From an uncultured bacterium (GTDB lineage: Bacteria > Bacteroidota > Bacteroidia > Bacteroidales > CAIXTV01): a DNA stretch of 64,000 nt. This document shows positions 48,228 through 57,934 of the stretch, piece after piece. The translations under genes were made by a program, and so were the position numbers. Under the pieces are notes generated by a model. That model was not told the DNA's origin. It made no database searches and saw only the letters and a list, made by a program, of their open reading frames with translations. Within the stretch, counting starts at the first letter, position 1. The number at the start of each line of letters is the position of its first letter. The stretch covers positions 18,278 to 82,277 of the forward strand of contig CAIXTV010000054.1 of the NCBI GenBank assembly GCA_903922465.1, read 5' to 3'.

Positions 48228-48866
48228 TTAACCGACTTTCGATGCTAAAGCCTCTGGATATATCGCTTCAAAGGCATATCCTTTTAGAAGAAAATGTTCG
48301 ATAAAGCGAGGCAGGGCGAATATCATATTGCTATAGGCTTTCGAAAGGTCGTGGAAGACCACTATAGAACCCTGACCTGAATATTCTAACACATTTTTCA
48401 AACATTTTCGGGGGCTGATTTCGGGCCTGAAATCATAGCTTAAGACCGACCAAAGTATAATGCTATATTGTTTCGACAAATATTTTACCTGCAAGGGACT
48501 TATATGCCCATAAGGTGGGCGAAACAACTGAAAAGGGTGCAGTTTCTGGCATTTTTCAATATTATCATAATAAAAATCAATGCTATTTTTCAGTCCATCG
48601 GGGTGGTTGTGGGTGTGATTTCCTACATTATGCCCCTGTGCCAATATTGCCTGAAATACTTTAGGGTGTTTTATGATGTTTTCGCCAACGCAAAAGAAAG
48701 TTGCCCGGGCGTTGTAGTTCTTGAGAATTGAAAGTATTTCATAAGTAATATCGGTCGTGGGTCCATCATCGAAAGTAAGAAATATTTTTTTTTCGTGAGT
48801 GGGCACATTCCAGTGAACGGCTTCGGGAAGCATCCAACGCAAGAAGAATGGAGGGGTGACTATCAT
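48228..48866 (-). CDS. Polysaccharide deacetylase (NodB homology domain, CE4)
   Basis: TFDDGP, HNVGNHTHNHP and FRPPYG motifs. Confidence 0.85.
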   Translation of the reverse strand: MIVTPPFFLRWMLPEAVHWNVPTHEKKIFLTFDDGPTTDITYEILSILKNYNARATFFCVGENIIKHPKVFQAILAQGHNVGNHTHNHPDGLKNSIDFYYDNIEKCQKLHPFQLFRPPYGHISPLQVKYLSKQYSIILWSVLSYDFRPEISPRKCLKNVLEYSGQGSIVVFHDLSKAYSNMIFALPRFIEHFLLKGYAFEAIYPEALASKVG

Positions 48867-49006
48867 TAAATAGGGTCTAAAAAGTGTGGTTCTATGGTTG
48901 AAGTTTTCCCGAAATACTTTGTTTTACTAAAGTTTATGGACTTAATGGCCTATTTCGGTCTATTTTTGTGTTTTCGAGTTTTAAACTTTCAACAAAGAAT
49001 CAGAGT

Positions 49007-50338
49007 TTATTTCAGCAGTTCTTTTCTACGTTCTTCATAACCCTTTTTTCCCAGCAGGGCAAACATATTGTTTTTATAATCTTCAACACCGGGCTGGTCG
49101 AAGGGGTTTACGTCGAGCACATAACCGCTAAGGGCGCATGAAAATTCGAAGAAATAAATCAATTGTCCCATATAATATTCGTTGATTTTAGGAATTGTGA
49201 TCCTAATGCAAGGCACTCCCCCATCTTTATGGGCTATTCGGGTGCCTTGTTCGGCAATATGGTTAATTTCGATGAGGGATTTTTCGGCCATAAAGTTTAT
49301 GCCATCCATATTGTCGTTATCGAAAGGAACCTGGAGTGGAGCGTTGGCTTCATCGACCGAAATCATGGTTTCGAATATCACCCTCATCCCGTCCTGAATA
49401 TATTGACCCATCGAGTGAAGGTCGGTGGTGAAGCTTACTGCCGCGGGGAAGATGCCCCGATGTTGCTTACCTTCGCTTTCGCCAAAAAGTTGTTTCCACC
49501 ATTCGCCGAAAAAGCTAAGACTTGGCTCGAAATTCACCAGCAGTTCTATGGGTTTCCCTTTGCGGTATAAGGCATTGCGGGCGGCAACGTAGAGGGCAGC
49601 CGGATTATTTTCGAAAAGAGGACTTTTTTTCAATAAAGCTTCCATATGCTGGGCCCCTTCGAGGAGTTTTTCGATATTGAAGCCGGCCAAGCGGATGGGG
49701 AGCAGACCCACTGGCGTGAGAACCGAGTAGCGTCCGCCAACATCATCAGGAATATTAAACGATTGATAACCTTCGTTGTTAGCCATCTGTTTGAGTGCGC
49801 CATTTTTGCTATCAGTTATGGCAACAACCCTGCTTGAGTAGTCGGGGGTTCCGTATTTTTTTTGGAGATGTTGTTTCAGCATGCGGAAGGCGATGGCGGG
49901 TTCGGTGGTGGTGCCCGATTTCGAAATCACAACCACCGAATAATCTTTTGTGTCGAGCAATTCGAGCAGCGAAACCATATAATCCTGACTAAGATGGTTG
50001 CCTGCATATACTATTGCCGGACGGTTTTGTTTCAAATCGGGAAAAGGGTCTTGCAAGGCTTCGATGATGGATTTTGCTCCTAAATATGAACCTCCAATGC
50101 CAACAATCACCACCACATCTGACTTTTTTCGAAGTTGTTCGGTCGTAAATTCAATGGAAGCATGGGTGATATCGGAAATGCGTGTTGGCATATCGAGCCA
50201 ACCCAAAAAATCATTTCCTTTGCCCTGACGATTAATCAAAAGGCTATGCTGAAGGCTAATTTCGTCCTGTAGTTGATGAATTTCTTCTCTGCTAACGAAA
50301 GGAAATATAGAATCGATTTCTACTTTTAATGTATTCAT
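49007..50338 (-). CDS. pgi: Glucose-6-phosphate isomerase (short, Bacillus-type)
   Basis: GIGGSYLGAK, SKSGTTTEP, VGGRYSVLT and GESEGK motifs. Confidence 0.95.
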   Translation of the reverse strand: MNTLKVEIDSIFPFVSREEIHQLQDEISLQHSLLINRQGKGNDFLGWLDMPTRISDITHASIEFTTEQLRKKSDVVVIVGIGGSYLGAKSIIEALQDPFPDLKQNRPAIVYAGNHLSQDYMVSLLELLDTKDYSVVVISKSGTTTEPAIAFRMLKQHLQKKYGTPDYSSRVVAITDSKNGALKQMANNEGYQSFNIPDDVGGRYSVLTPVGLLPIRLAGFNIEKLLEGAQHMEALLKKSPLFENNPAALYVAARNALYRKGKPIELLVNFEPSLSFFGEWWKQLFGESEGKQHRGIFPAAVSFTTDLHSMGQYIQDGMRVIFETMISVDEANAPLQVPFDNDNMDGINFMAEKSLIEINHIAEQGTRIAHKDGGVPCIRITIPKINEYYMGQLIYFFEFSCALSGYVLDVNPFDQPGVEDYKNNMFALLGKKGYEERRKELLK

Positions 50339-50535
50339 GATGGAGTGTAATTTTAAAACTTAGCACGAAGGTAGAAAAATTTACGGATATGAAAATATCT
50401 TTAGAAAATAAAAACTTCAGAGGGCAGTATTTTTGCAATAAAATCCTGATTAAAAGGGTTCTTTTTCAGTAAATATCCCAATTTTAAAAGCATTAGCCTT
50501 AATAATTTCTATTTAAAACTATGATATTGCTGGTT

Positions 50536-50829
50536 AAAATCGCAGAATATTTTGCAGAAATCTCGGAATATTTTGAAAAAATCTTAGGATTTAAAGTTGA
50601 AATCCTGAAATTTAAAGTTGAAATCCCAGAATATTTTGCAGAAATCCCAGAATATTTTGCAGAAATCCCGGAATATTTTGCAGAAATCCCGGAATATTTT
50701 GCAGAAATCCTAGGATTTTTTGAAAAAATCCTAGGATTTTAAGTAGGAATTCGAGGATTTTAAATTGGAATTCTAAGATTTCAACTTTATTTTCTAGGAT
50801 AATTTCTTGAGATTCAAGGATTTTTTCGA
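50536..50829. repeat. Tandem array, 21-bp period, about 12 clear units plus 2 degenerate (core GAAATCCCRGAATATTTTGCA; flanking units carry the AAATCCTAGGATTT palindrome)
   Basis: Units phased by hand in exact 21-bp steps from 50536. Four near-identical core units at 50620-50703. Lies in the divergent region between pgi and the FN3 gene. Confidence 0.95.
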
Positions 50830-50991
50830 AAACTTCCGTAAATAAATATTACCATCACAACAAATATTTTTTATTGCCTCAAATAATATTAAAATAATAA
50901 TGATGTTTTGTAACAGCTAAAAGATTTATTTGTATTTTAGCACCCTAATTTAAAATCATCAAAAAATAAACTTTATAAAAAGGAGGCATTT

Positions 50992-51609
50992 ATGTTAATC
51001 TACTTATCAAACCTAAGAAATCGTTTTTTTCAATTACTCAACGGAGTAAGCCATCACTCTGTCGAATGGACAAATCAGGCAGAAACACCCGTAACCATAC
51101 AGGGAAACATGGATTCTATCGATGAGAAGCAAGCAGAAATCGACCAACTCGAATATCAACTTTCACAAAAAAAGAAAGAAGCAAGACTTCTTGAGAAAAG
51201 TTTAATTATGGTAGCAGACACTATTGAGAACAAGGCCATTGGGTTTCATACAGCCCACACCGAAGAACTTAAAAGTTACGGCATAAGCCTGCCTAAACCA
51301 AAAGAAAAAAAACCTATTCCTTCAGCTCCACTTGCCCCTAGCATTAAAGATGATGTTGATGGAGTTGGATTTATTTTAAGCACTACACTTGACCCCAATG
51401 CCGACCGCTACGAATGGCAAAGAGGCGTTGCTAATGACGCCAAAGACGTGAACACCATTCCTGCAATGCAACTCTATAAAAGCACAAGGAAACTCACATT
51501 TGTTGACGAAAATGTTGTTCCCGGGCTACGCTATTTCTATCGTGTTCGTGCCATTAACGCAACAGGCGAAGGAGCCTACAGTCCTATAGTAAATAAAGTA
51601 CAGTCCTAA
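50992..51609 (+). CDS. Hypothetical protein with coiled-coil N-half and C-terminal fibronectin type III-like domain
   Basis: RYEWQRG...YFYRVRAINATGEGAYSP is an FN3 signature. No signal peptide. AGGAGG lies 5 nt upstream of the ATG. Confidence 0.55.
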   Translation: MLIYLSNLRNRFFQLLNGVSHHSVEWTNQAETPVTIQGNMDSIDEKQAEIDQLEYQLSQKKKEARLLEKSLIMVADTIENKAIGFHTAHTEELKSYGISLPKPKEKKPIPSAPLAPSIKDDVDGVGFILSTTLDPNADRYEWQRGVANDAKDVNTIPAMQLYKSTRKLTFVDENVVPGLRYFYRVRAINATGEGAYSPIVNKVQS

Positions 51610-51629
51610 AAAATAAAAATATCACTTGA

Positions 51630-51668
51630 AAAAAAACTTGCCTAAAGTCTATAGGCAAGTTTTTTTTT
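51630..51668 (+). terminator. Rho-independent terminator
   Basis: ACTTGCCTA / TAGGCAAGT stem flanked by an A-run and a T9 run. Confidence 0.8.
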
Positions 51669-51773
51669 AACTGTCTAAGAAAGCCCCCGTTAAACAATCA
51701 CAATGAATCAGGCAATTGAACTATTATTTAAAACTTCTGTTAATATTTATTGTTCAGGCAACTATTTAATGTT

Positions 51774-51781
51774 TAACTTTG
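51774..51781 (+). promoter_or_regulatory. Bacteroidota -7 promoter box (TAACTTTG)
   Basis: Exact TAnnTTTG 43 nt upstream of ATG 51825. Confidence 0.4.
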
Positions 51782-51824
51782 TCTTGTCTTAAAAGTATTA
51801 CACATCACCAAAACTTCATACTAT

Positions 51825-54158
51825 ATGAAAAAGAAATTTGTTATTTATAAATGCCTGTTATTTATTCTTTTAGTTCTTCCTAATCTTGTGTTTTCGCAGT
51901 TAATCATAAACACTGCCACCACCCCACAACAATTGGTTCAAAATGTTTTAGTGGGAGGCGGGGTAACCGTCAGCAATATCACCTACACAGGCCCATTAAC
52001 AGCAAAAGCATCTTTCACAACCGGGGCAACTGCCACAGGTTTAGGATTTCCAGCAGGAGTTCTTCTTACATCAGGAACAGCCACAGCCGCAGCAGGAGCA
52101 GGCTCATCTTTTGCCTCTACTGATAATCTTGACAACACAGGCGACCCACAACTACAGACTTTAATTACACAAACTATTTACGATGCTTCTGTACTTCAGT
52201 TCGATTTCATCCCCGAATCTGATACCATTAAATTTCGTTATGTTTTCGGTTCAGAAGAATATCCTGAATGGGTAAACTCCTATAATGATGTATTTGGGTT
52301 TTTTGTTTCAGGTCCCAATCCCGCAGGAGGAAACTATGTTAATCAAAACATTGCTATCATTCCTGGCACTGTGTCCACTCCCGTTTCAATTAATAATGTG
52401 AATAATGGCTCTACAAATACTGGTCCTTGTGTTAATTGCGCCTATTATGTAAATAACAGCAGTGGAACTTATATTGCTTATGATGGATTAACTACTATAC
52501 TCACAGCTTGGATAAAAGTAATGCCCTGCATTCAATATCACATCAAACTTGCTTTAGGCGATGCCGGCGACCATGTTTATGATTCTGGTGTATTTCTCGA
52601 AGCCAATAGTTTTACCAGCCCTCACATCACAACTCACGTAAATTATTCATTGGCCTCAATGGATACCGTCGCAGTTGAAGGATGTAGCGATGCAAGCGTA
52701 ACCTTCAGACTTCCCTTCGTAACCACTACCCCTTGGATAGTTAATTTCAATGTAGCCGGAACCGCAGTAGATGGTGTCGATTACACCTCCCTACCCAGCA
52801 GCGCAGTTATCCCCGCCGGCTCCGACTCAGTAACCTTAACCATACATCCTATTATCGATGGCATACCCGAACTCACCGAAACCGTTATATTATATGTGCA
52901 AACCTCAATATGCGGCACCACCACCGACACAGTCACCATACGAATAATCGATAATATGCCCATTACGGTCAGCACTTTTGGCGATACCACCATTTGTGGA
53001 GGGCAAGCACCCATTGGAGCCACCGTCACCGGAGGAATTCCTCCCTATTCATATTATTGGAGCACCGCTGATACCACTGCAAATATTTTTGTCAGCCCAA
53101 CGGTCACCACCACCTATTATATTATCGTAACCGATGTTTGCCTAACCCCCGACACCGGAACGGTTGTAGTGGGCGTTGGCGGAACTTTCGCCGGTGCAGG
53201 TAGCGATGTAACTATATGTTTAGGAAATGTCACCACCCTAACTGCCTCAGGTGGCAATCAATATCAGTGGAGCACAGGCGAAACTACTCAAAGTATATCC
53301 GTAAGCCCACTAAGCGATACAACCTATTTTGTAACCGTAACTTTATTATGTAGCGATGTCGATTCGGTAAATGTATTTATAAACCCCTTACCCATCCTAA
53401 GTGCGGCTTCCGATCCCGATTCAATTTGTGCCGGATGGTCATCAACCCTTAGTTTGACAGGCGGAAATGTAATCAGTTGGTCATCCAATCCTGTCGATCC
53501 CAGCCTAGCTTCACAGGTAGGTTCGTCTAATCCTGTGGTTAGTCCTGTTTATACAACTACCTACACTGTTATCGGGAGCGATGCCAATCAATGCGAAAAC
53601 ACAACAACCACAGTGGTGGTGGTATATCCTCAGCCTATTGCCAGTTTCGTTGCCACGCCAAATCCGGTTTCGATAAGCAACACCAATATTTTCTTCTCAA
53701 ACACTTCAACGGGGAATTCCCCATTGTGCATTTGGGACTTGGGCGATGGAAACTATTCCGACCTTCAACAATTTTCACATCAATTCCCCAATCAAGATTC
53801 GGGAACCTACCTTGTTTCACTTATAGTCACCAATAGTTTTGGATGTGCCGACACCACTTACCGCACTATTGTGGTCAAACCCGACTACAGCATTTTTATC
53901 CCAACAGGATTTAGCCCTAACGGGGATGGTAGCAACGAGAAGTTTTATGTTTATTATACCAACATCCACGAATATCATATGCAAATATTCAATCGTTGGG
54001 GCGAACAAATGTTTGATAGTTTCGATTTAACTGAAGGATGGGATGGATCATTCAAAGGTAATTCTGTCCCAGAAGGAACCTATGTGTATCGCATATCTTA
54101 TAGCGATTCCGATAACATCAAACACCAAAAGCACGGTACCATAACCTTAGTTCGATAA
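51825..54158 (+). CDS. T9SS-secreted surface protein: choice-of-anchor-L-like N-domain, Ig-like repeats, type B (gliding motility-associated) C-terminal sorting domain
   Basis: Signal peptide. N-terminal QQLVQNVLVGGGVTVSNITYTG. Repeated C..G....L.ASGG..Y.WSTG modules. C-terminal IPTGFSPNGDGSNEKF...FNRWGEQMF...GWDG...EGTYVYRI is typical of the type B CTD. Confidence 0.8.
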   Translation: MKKKFVIYKCLLFILLVLPNLVFSQLIINTATTPQQLVQNVLVGGGVTVSNITYTGPLTAKASFTTGATATGLGFPAGVLLTSGTATAAAGAGSSFASTDNLDNTGDPQLQTLITQTIYDASVLQFDFIPESDTIKFRYVFGSEEYPEWVNSYNDVFGFFVSGPNPAGGNYVNQNIAIIPGTVSTPVSINNVNNGSTNTGPCVNCAYYVNNSSGTYIAYDGLTTILTAWIKVMPCIQYHIKLALGDAGDHVYDSGVFLEANSFTSPHITTHVNYSLASMDTVAVEGCSDASVTFRLPFVTTTPWIVNFNVAGTAVDGVDYTSLPSSAVIPAGSDSVTLTIHPIIDGIPELTETVILYVQTSICGTTTDTVTIRIIDNMPITVSTFGDTTICGGQAPIGATVTGGIPPYSYYWSTADTTANIFVSPTVTTTYYIIVTDVCLTPDTGTVVVGVGGTFAGAGSDVTICLGNVTTLTASGGNQYQWSTGETTQSISVSPLSDTTYFVTVTLLCSDVDSVNVFINPLPILSAASDPDSICAGWSSTLSLTGGNVISWSSNPVDPSLASQVGSSNPVVSPVYTTTYTVIGSDANQCENTTTTVVVVYPQPIASFVATPNPVSISNTNIFFSNTSTGNSPLCIWDLGDGNYSDLQQFSHQFPNQDSGTYLVSLIVTNSFGCADTTYRTIVVKPDYSIFIPTGFSPNGDGSNEKFYVYYTNIHEYHMQIFNRWGEQMFDSFDLTEGWDGSFKGNSVPEGTYVYRISYSDSDNIKHQKHGTITLVR

Positions 54159-54181
54159 AACTGCTAATATGATTTAATATT

Positions 54182-54209
54182 AAAGGGGGAAGATGTTTCC
54201 CCTTTTTTT
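54182..54209 (+). terminator. Rho-independent terminator
   Basis: AAAGGGG / CCCCTTT stem followed by a T7 run. Confidence 0.7.
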
Positions 54210-54310
54210 ATGAAACTAAGTTCTTAAATTGAATTTGCTCTATATCTGAACTCAATTATTAATAGTGCTTTCTGAATCTAAAATAAACAATACCCAACAA
54301 AAGCCCTTGT

Positions 54311-55408
54311 TTATTCTTTTACCCCTTCATTCATAATATCGGTTTGTATTTGAATTGCTTCGCGATGAACCAATTGAAATAGCTTAAGTAGAAATTCGCT
54401 TTTTAGTCCAGTAGATTCAGCTAAAGCCAACCTTTCGGTGAGCATTTGATTCCAACGGTTTAGTTGCAGAATAGTAATATTGTTCTGACGTTTATACTGC
54501 CCCATCTTTTCAACAACTTCCATGCGTTGCATAAGAGTATCAATCAGCCGTCGGTCGATTTCATCAATTTCTTGTCTAAGCATTTCAAGTTGATTCTGGA
54601 AATCAGACGTACCTGAAAAAGCTCTCACCTTAAGTTTTTCTAGCATTGCAGCCAAAGCTTCAGGCATAATTTGTTGACGAGCATCGGTAAGTGCCTGCGA
54701 AGGATGAATATGCGATTCTATCATTAGTCCACTCATTTCAAGGTCGAGTGCTTTTTGAGAAATGGCAGCCAGATGTTCTTTCTTACCACTAATGTGGCTG
54801 GGGTCGCATATAACTGGAAGTTCAGGACAAAGCCGTTTCAATTCAATAGGCACTTCCCATAAAGGTTCATTTCTATAAAGGGTTTTATTAAAAGAATAAA
54901 ATCCACGGTGCACAGCAGCTAAATTGGTGATTCCGGCATTATTAAGCCTTTCGAGGGTTCCCAACCAAAGCGTTAAATCGGGATGAATGGGATTTTTTAC
55001 CAGCACCGCAACCTTGCAACCTTTAAGTGCATTTGAAATTTCCTGCACCGAAAAGGGATTAACGGTTGTTCGCGCACCTATCCAAAGAATATCAATATCG
55101 TGCTGTAGGCAAAGTTCAACATGCTTTGGATTGGCAACCTCAACGGCAAGCTTAAGTCCGGTAATTTTTTTAACCTCACTCAACCATTCCAGCCCAATTT
55201 CGCCAACTCCTTCAAATTTAGAGGGTCGAGTCCGGGGTTTCCATATTCCTGCCCGGAATGCTTTAACCCCGGGTATTTTGGAAAGTTCAATAGCAGTATC
55301 AATAATCTGTTCGCGACTTTCGGCACTACAGGGTCCGGCTATCACTAAAGGGCTGCATTTTGTGCTTAGCCAGTTTTCTATGGGTTGTATTTGGAGGCAA
55401 TTTGACAT
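54311..55408 (-). CDS. Bifunctional 3-deoxy-7-phosphoheptulonate synthase (type I-beta) / chorismate mutase
   Basis: The KPRT motif region (WKPRTRPSKFEG) and CDPSH are DAHPS motifs. The C-terminal roughly 90 aa is an AroQ-type chorismate mutase helix bundle (LRQEIDEIDRRLIDTLMQRMEVV). Confidence 0.9.
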   Translation of the reverse strand: MSNCLQIQPIENWLSTKCSPLVIAGPCSAESREQIIDTAIELSKIPGVKAFRAGIWKPRTRPSKFEGVGEIGLEWLSEVKKITGLKLAVEVANPKHVELCLQHDIDILWIGARTTVNPFSVQEISNALKGCKVAVLVKNPIHPDLTLWLGTLERLNNAGITNLAAVHRGFYSFNKTLYRNEPLWEVPIELKRLCPELPVICDPSHISGKKEHLAAISQKALDLEMSGLMIESHIHPSQALTDARQQIMPEALAAMLEKLKVRAFSGTSDFQNQLEMLRQEIDEIDRRLIDTLMQRMEVVEKMGQYKRQNNITILQLNRWNQMLTERLALAESTGLKSEFLLKLFQLVHREAIQIQTDIMNEGVKE

Positions 55409-55493
55409 GAGAGGGTAAAATTATATAAAATAAGTGCGTGATGATAGAAATAAAAGAAATGTTATGTCAAATACACCTCAAATGCTTTAAACT

Positions 55494-55526
55494 AAACCTA
55501 CCAGGTTTTGAAAACCTGTTAGGTTT
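55494..55526. repeat. Imperfect palindrome AAACCTACCAGGTTTT G AAAACCTGTTAGGTTT
   Basis: 16-nt arms with one mismatch. Resembles a hairpin class I recall as common in Bacteroidota intergenic DNA. Confidence 0.7.
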
Positions 55527-55554
55527 TACTTACACTATGCTATTTAGTATAAGT

Positions 55555-55832
55555 GTCATTGCGTGTCCCCATTCCTTCGGCACACCAAATTTTATGACAT
55601 GGAGAAGGTAATATATTGCACTAAATGATAATATGAGCGTCATTGCGAGGGTTCCTCCCGAAGCAATCTCCTTTGTTTTAGATTGCTTCGCTACGCTCGC
55701 AATGGCGAACCCGACTTTACTAACAGTTTTCAAGTCATAAATAATCACCGTGTTACAAAATGTTGTCATTATTAGAAGAAAGGACGAAGCAATCTCTCCA
55801 AATACAGATTGCTTCGCTGCGCTCCCAATGAC
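55555..55832. repeat. Cluster of three GTCATTGCG...AATGAC palindromic (REP/MITE-like) elements
   Basis: Copies at 55555-55598 (partial), 55638-55707 and 55765-55832. The two full copies share a perfect inner stem CGAAGCAATCT/AGATTGCTTCG and outer arms CATTGCGAG/CTCGCAATG or GTCATT/AATGAC. Confidence 0.85.
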
Positions 55833-55900
55833 GCAATAGCACGAGAGTTTCGAAGAATTAAACCCAATAAGATTAAAATAAATCTCCATTCATAACGTTT

Positions 55901-56689
55901 ATGTTTACCTTTGTAAGCGAAATGAAACACTTTATATTATCTATTTTACTCTCTTCTGTGTTAATGCTTGCTGAAAAGCCAGCCTATTCACAAAGATCCC
56001 TTGTCGACTCGGCAGCCTTTGTTACTCTAATTTATGCCACCTATCAATATCAGTTTCCGGGAGGAGATATGGTCAATCGCTTTGGTGTTAATTCTAACAT
56101 TGGAGGTGGTATTTCCATCAAGAATAAATCGAACTGGATATTTGGATTAGAAGGGGGTTATATTTTCGGAGATGTTGTGAAAGGTGGTGACAATCTATTC
56201 TCAGGAATAGCCACTTCCGATGGAAATCTTATTGACGGAAACGGAATTCTTGCCGAAATTCACTTGTATGAAAGAGGCTATCATTTTCAGTTTAAAGCAG
56301 GGAAGATATTCCCTATATTTGGTTCTAACCCCAACTCTGGCTTGTTGATTCAGGCAGGGGCAGGCTTTCTCGAACATAAAATCCGAATTGAAAACCCCGA
56401 AAATACAGCTCCTCAAATAAAGGCTGATTATAAAAAAGGCTACGATAAATTATCGAACGGCTTATTACTCGACGAAACCATTGGTTATATTTATATGGGA
56501 AAACGTCGCCTTACCAACTTTTTTATTGGCTTCGAATTCATGCAAGCTTTTACTAAAAGTCGCCGCGACTACGACTTCAACCTTCAGGGAAAAGACAACA
56601 GCAGCAGAACTGATATTTTATCTGGCATTCGGGTTAGTTGGATTATTCCACTTTATAATCGAGGACAGACTCATTATTATATTAATTAA
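55901..56689 (+). CDS. Hypothetical outer-membrane-like protein
   Basis: Signal peptide (start possibly ATG 55922, MKHFILSILLSSVLMLA). Beta-strand-rich. Immediately upstream of kdtA (7-bp gap). Confidence 0.45.
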   Translation: MFTFVSEMKHFILSILLSSVLMLAEKPAYSQRSLVDSAAFVTLIYATYQYQFPGGDMVNRFGVNSNIGGGISIKNKSNWIFGLEGGYIFGDVVKGGDNLFSGIATSDGNLIDGNGILAEIHLYERGYHFQFKAGKIFPIFGSNPNSGLLIQAGAGFLEHKIRIENPENTAPQIKADYKKGYDKLSNGLLLDETIGYIYMGKRRLTNFFIGFEFMQAFTKSRRDYDFNLQGKDNSSRTDILSGIRVSWIIPLYNRGQTHYYIN

Positions 56690-56695
56690 AGCCGA

Positions 56696-57934
56696 ATGTT
56701 TTTACTCTACAATATTGGCATCAGAGTATTCAATGTTTTGATTTGGCTTTCTTCTTTTGCTAATATAAAAACCCGCCAATGGATTAATGGACGTAAAAAT
56801 CTGTTTAAAGAATTATCCAAAATAGATTTTCATAAGCATAATATTGCATGGTTTCATTGTGCTTCTTTGGGAGAGTTCGAACAAGGCAGACCGGTCATTG
56901 AGCAATTCCGCAAAGATTACCCTCACTTCAAAATTCTGCTCACCTTTTTTTCTCCTTCAGGCTACGATATCAGGAAGAATTACCCGGGTGCCGATTTTAT
57001 TTTCTACCTACCCATCGATACCCCTTCTAACGCCCGTCGCTTTATCGGACTGGTGAAACCTCAGCTGGCTTTCTTTATAAAATATGAGTTTTGGTATAAT
57101 TATTTGAAATGCTTACGTGCGAATAATATTCCCGTGGTTTTTATTTCCGTAATCTTTCGCCCTCAACAAATCTTTTTCCGTTGGTATGGAAGTTGGTTTC
57201 GCAGTCAATTAAAAGGTATTAATCATTTCTTTTTACAAAATCAGGCATCTGCCCACCTCCTTCAATCGGTCGGAATATCGCAATATACCATCGGCGGCGA
57301 TACCCGCTTCGACAGAGTGTATGCAATAGCACAATCCGCTCAATCCTATCCTTTAATTGAGGAATTTGCCAAAGGACATCGCGTAATACTCCTCGGCAGT
57401 TCCTGGGAAGAAGACGAAAAGCTTTTTCAAACCATTCTAAACGATTTGCCCGACGACATTAAACTCATCATTGCACCCCACGAGCCTTCGGCAAGCCATG
57501 TACAGCAAATCCATCAAATGTTTTCCCGCCCCCTGATGAATTATTCCGCTTTGATTCCCGAAAAAGCTGCTACTGCTGGCATCCTTTGCATCGATTCTAT
57601 CGGAATGCTTTCCTCCTTATACCAATATGCCGATATAGCCTACATAGGCGGTGGGTTTGGAAAAGGCATTCACAATATTTTGGAAGCCGCTACTTTTGGC
57701 AAACCCATTGTTTTTGGACCTAACTATCAAAAATTCGCCGAAGCCGTCGATCTTATTCAGCTCAATGCCGCATTTTCTATTTCAAGCAACCATCAATTAC
57801 TCTTGGTTCTAAATCAATTACTCACCCATAACGAACACTATCAAAAAGCATCCCATGCCTCTCAACATTATGTCGAAAGCAAAACAGGTGCCTGTAAAAT
57901 AATACTTGAACATATTAAAAATTATGTTCAATGA
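56696..57934 (+). CDS. waaA: 3-deoxy-D-manno-octulosonic acid (Kdo) transferase
   Basis: WFHCASLGEFEQGRPVIE and C-terminal GGGFGKGIHNILEAATFGKP motifs of KdtA/WaaA (GT30). Confidence 0.9.
   Translation: MFLLYNIGIRVFNVLIWLSSFANIKTRQWINGRKNLFKELSKIDFHKHNIAWFHCASLGEFEQGRPVIEQFRKDYPHFKILLTFFSPSGYDIRKNYPGADFIFYLPIDTPSNARRFIGLVKPQLAFFIKYEFWYNYLKCLRANNIPVVFISVIFRPQQIFFRWYGSWFRSQLKGINHFFLQNQASAHLLQSVGISQYTIGGDTRFDRVYAIAQSAQSYPLIEEFAKGHRVILLGSSWEEDEKLFQTILNDLPDDIKLIIAPHEPSASHVQQIHQMFSRPLMNYSALIPEKAATAGILCIDSIGMLSSLYQYADIAYIGGGFGKGIHNILEAATFGKPIVFGPNYQKFAEAVDLIQLNAAFSISSNHQLLLVLNQLLTHNEHYQKASHASQHYVESKTGACKIILEHIKNYVQ

Noticed and set aside
49163-50228. Several plus-strand ORFs antisense to pgi
   Set aside because: They lie entirely inside a confidently identified pgi gene and have no motifs. 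They are typical antisense shadows.
50521-50742. 73-aa ORF across array 3 as a CDS
   Set aside because: Same reasoning as array 2. The ORF is a by-product of a stop-free 21-bp unit, and no independent coding signal is visible.
54987-55418. 143-aa and 75-aa plus-strand ORFs antisense to the DAHP synthase gene
   Set aside because: They are contained within a well-supported CDS on the other strand and have no recognisable features.
55530-55889. 119-aa minus-strand ORF
   Set aside because: The ORF is composed almost entirely of the GTCATTGCG...AATGAC palindromic elements. Its peptide segments (IASVAKQS, LAMT) are the familiar translation artefact of these repeats.
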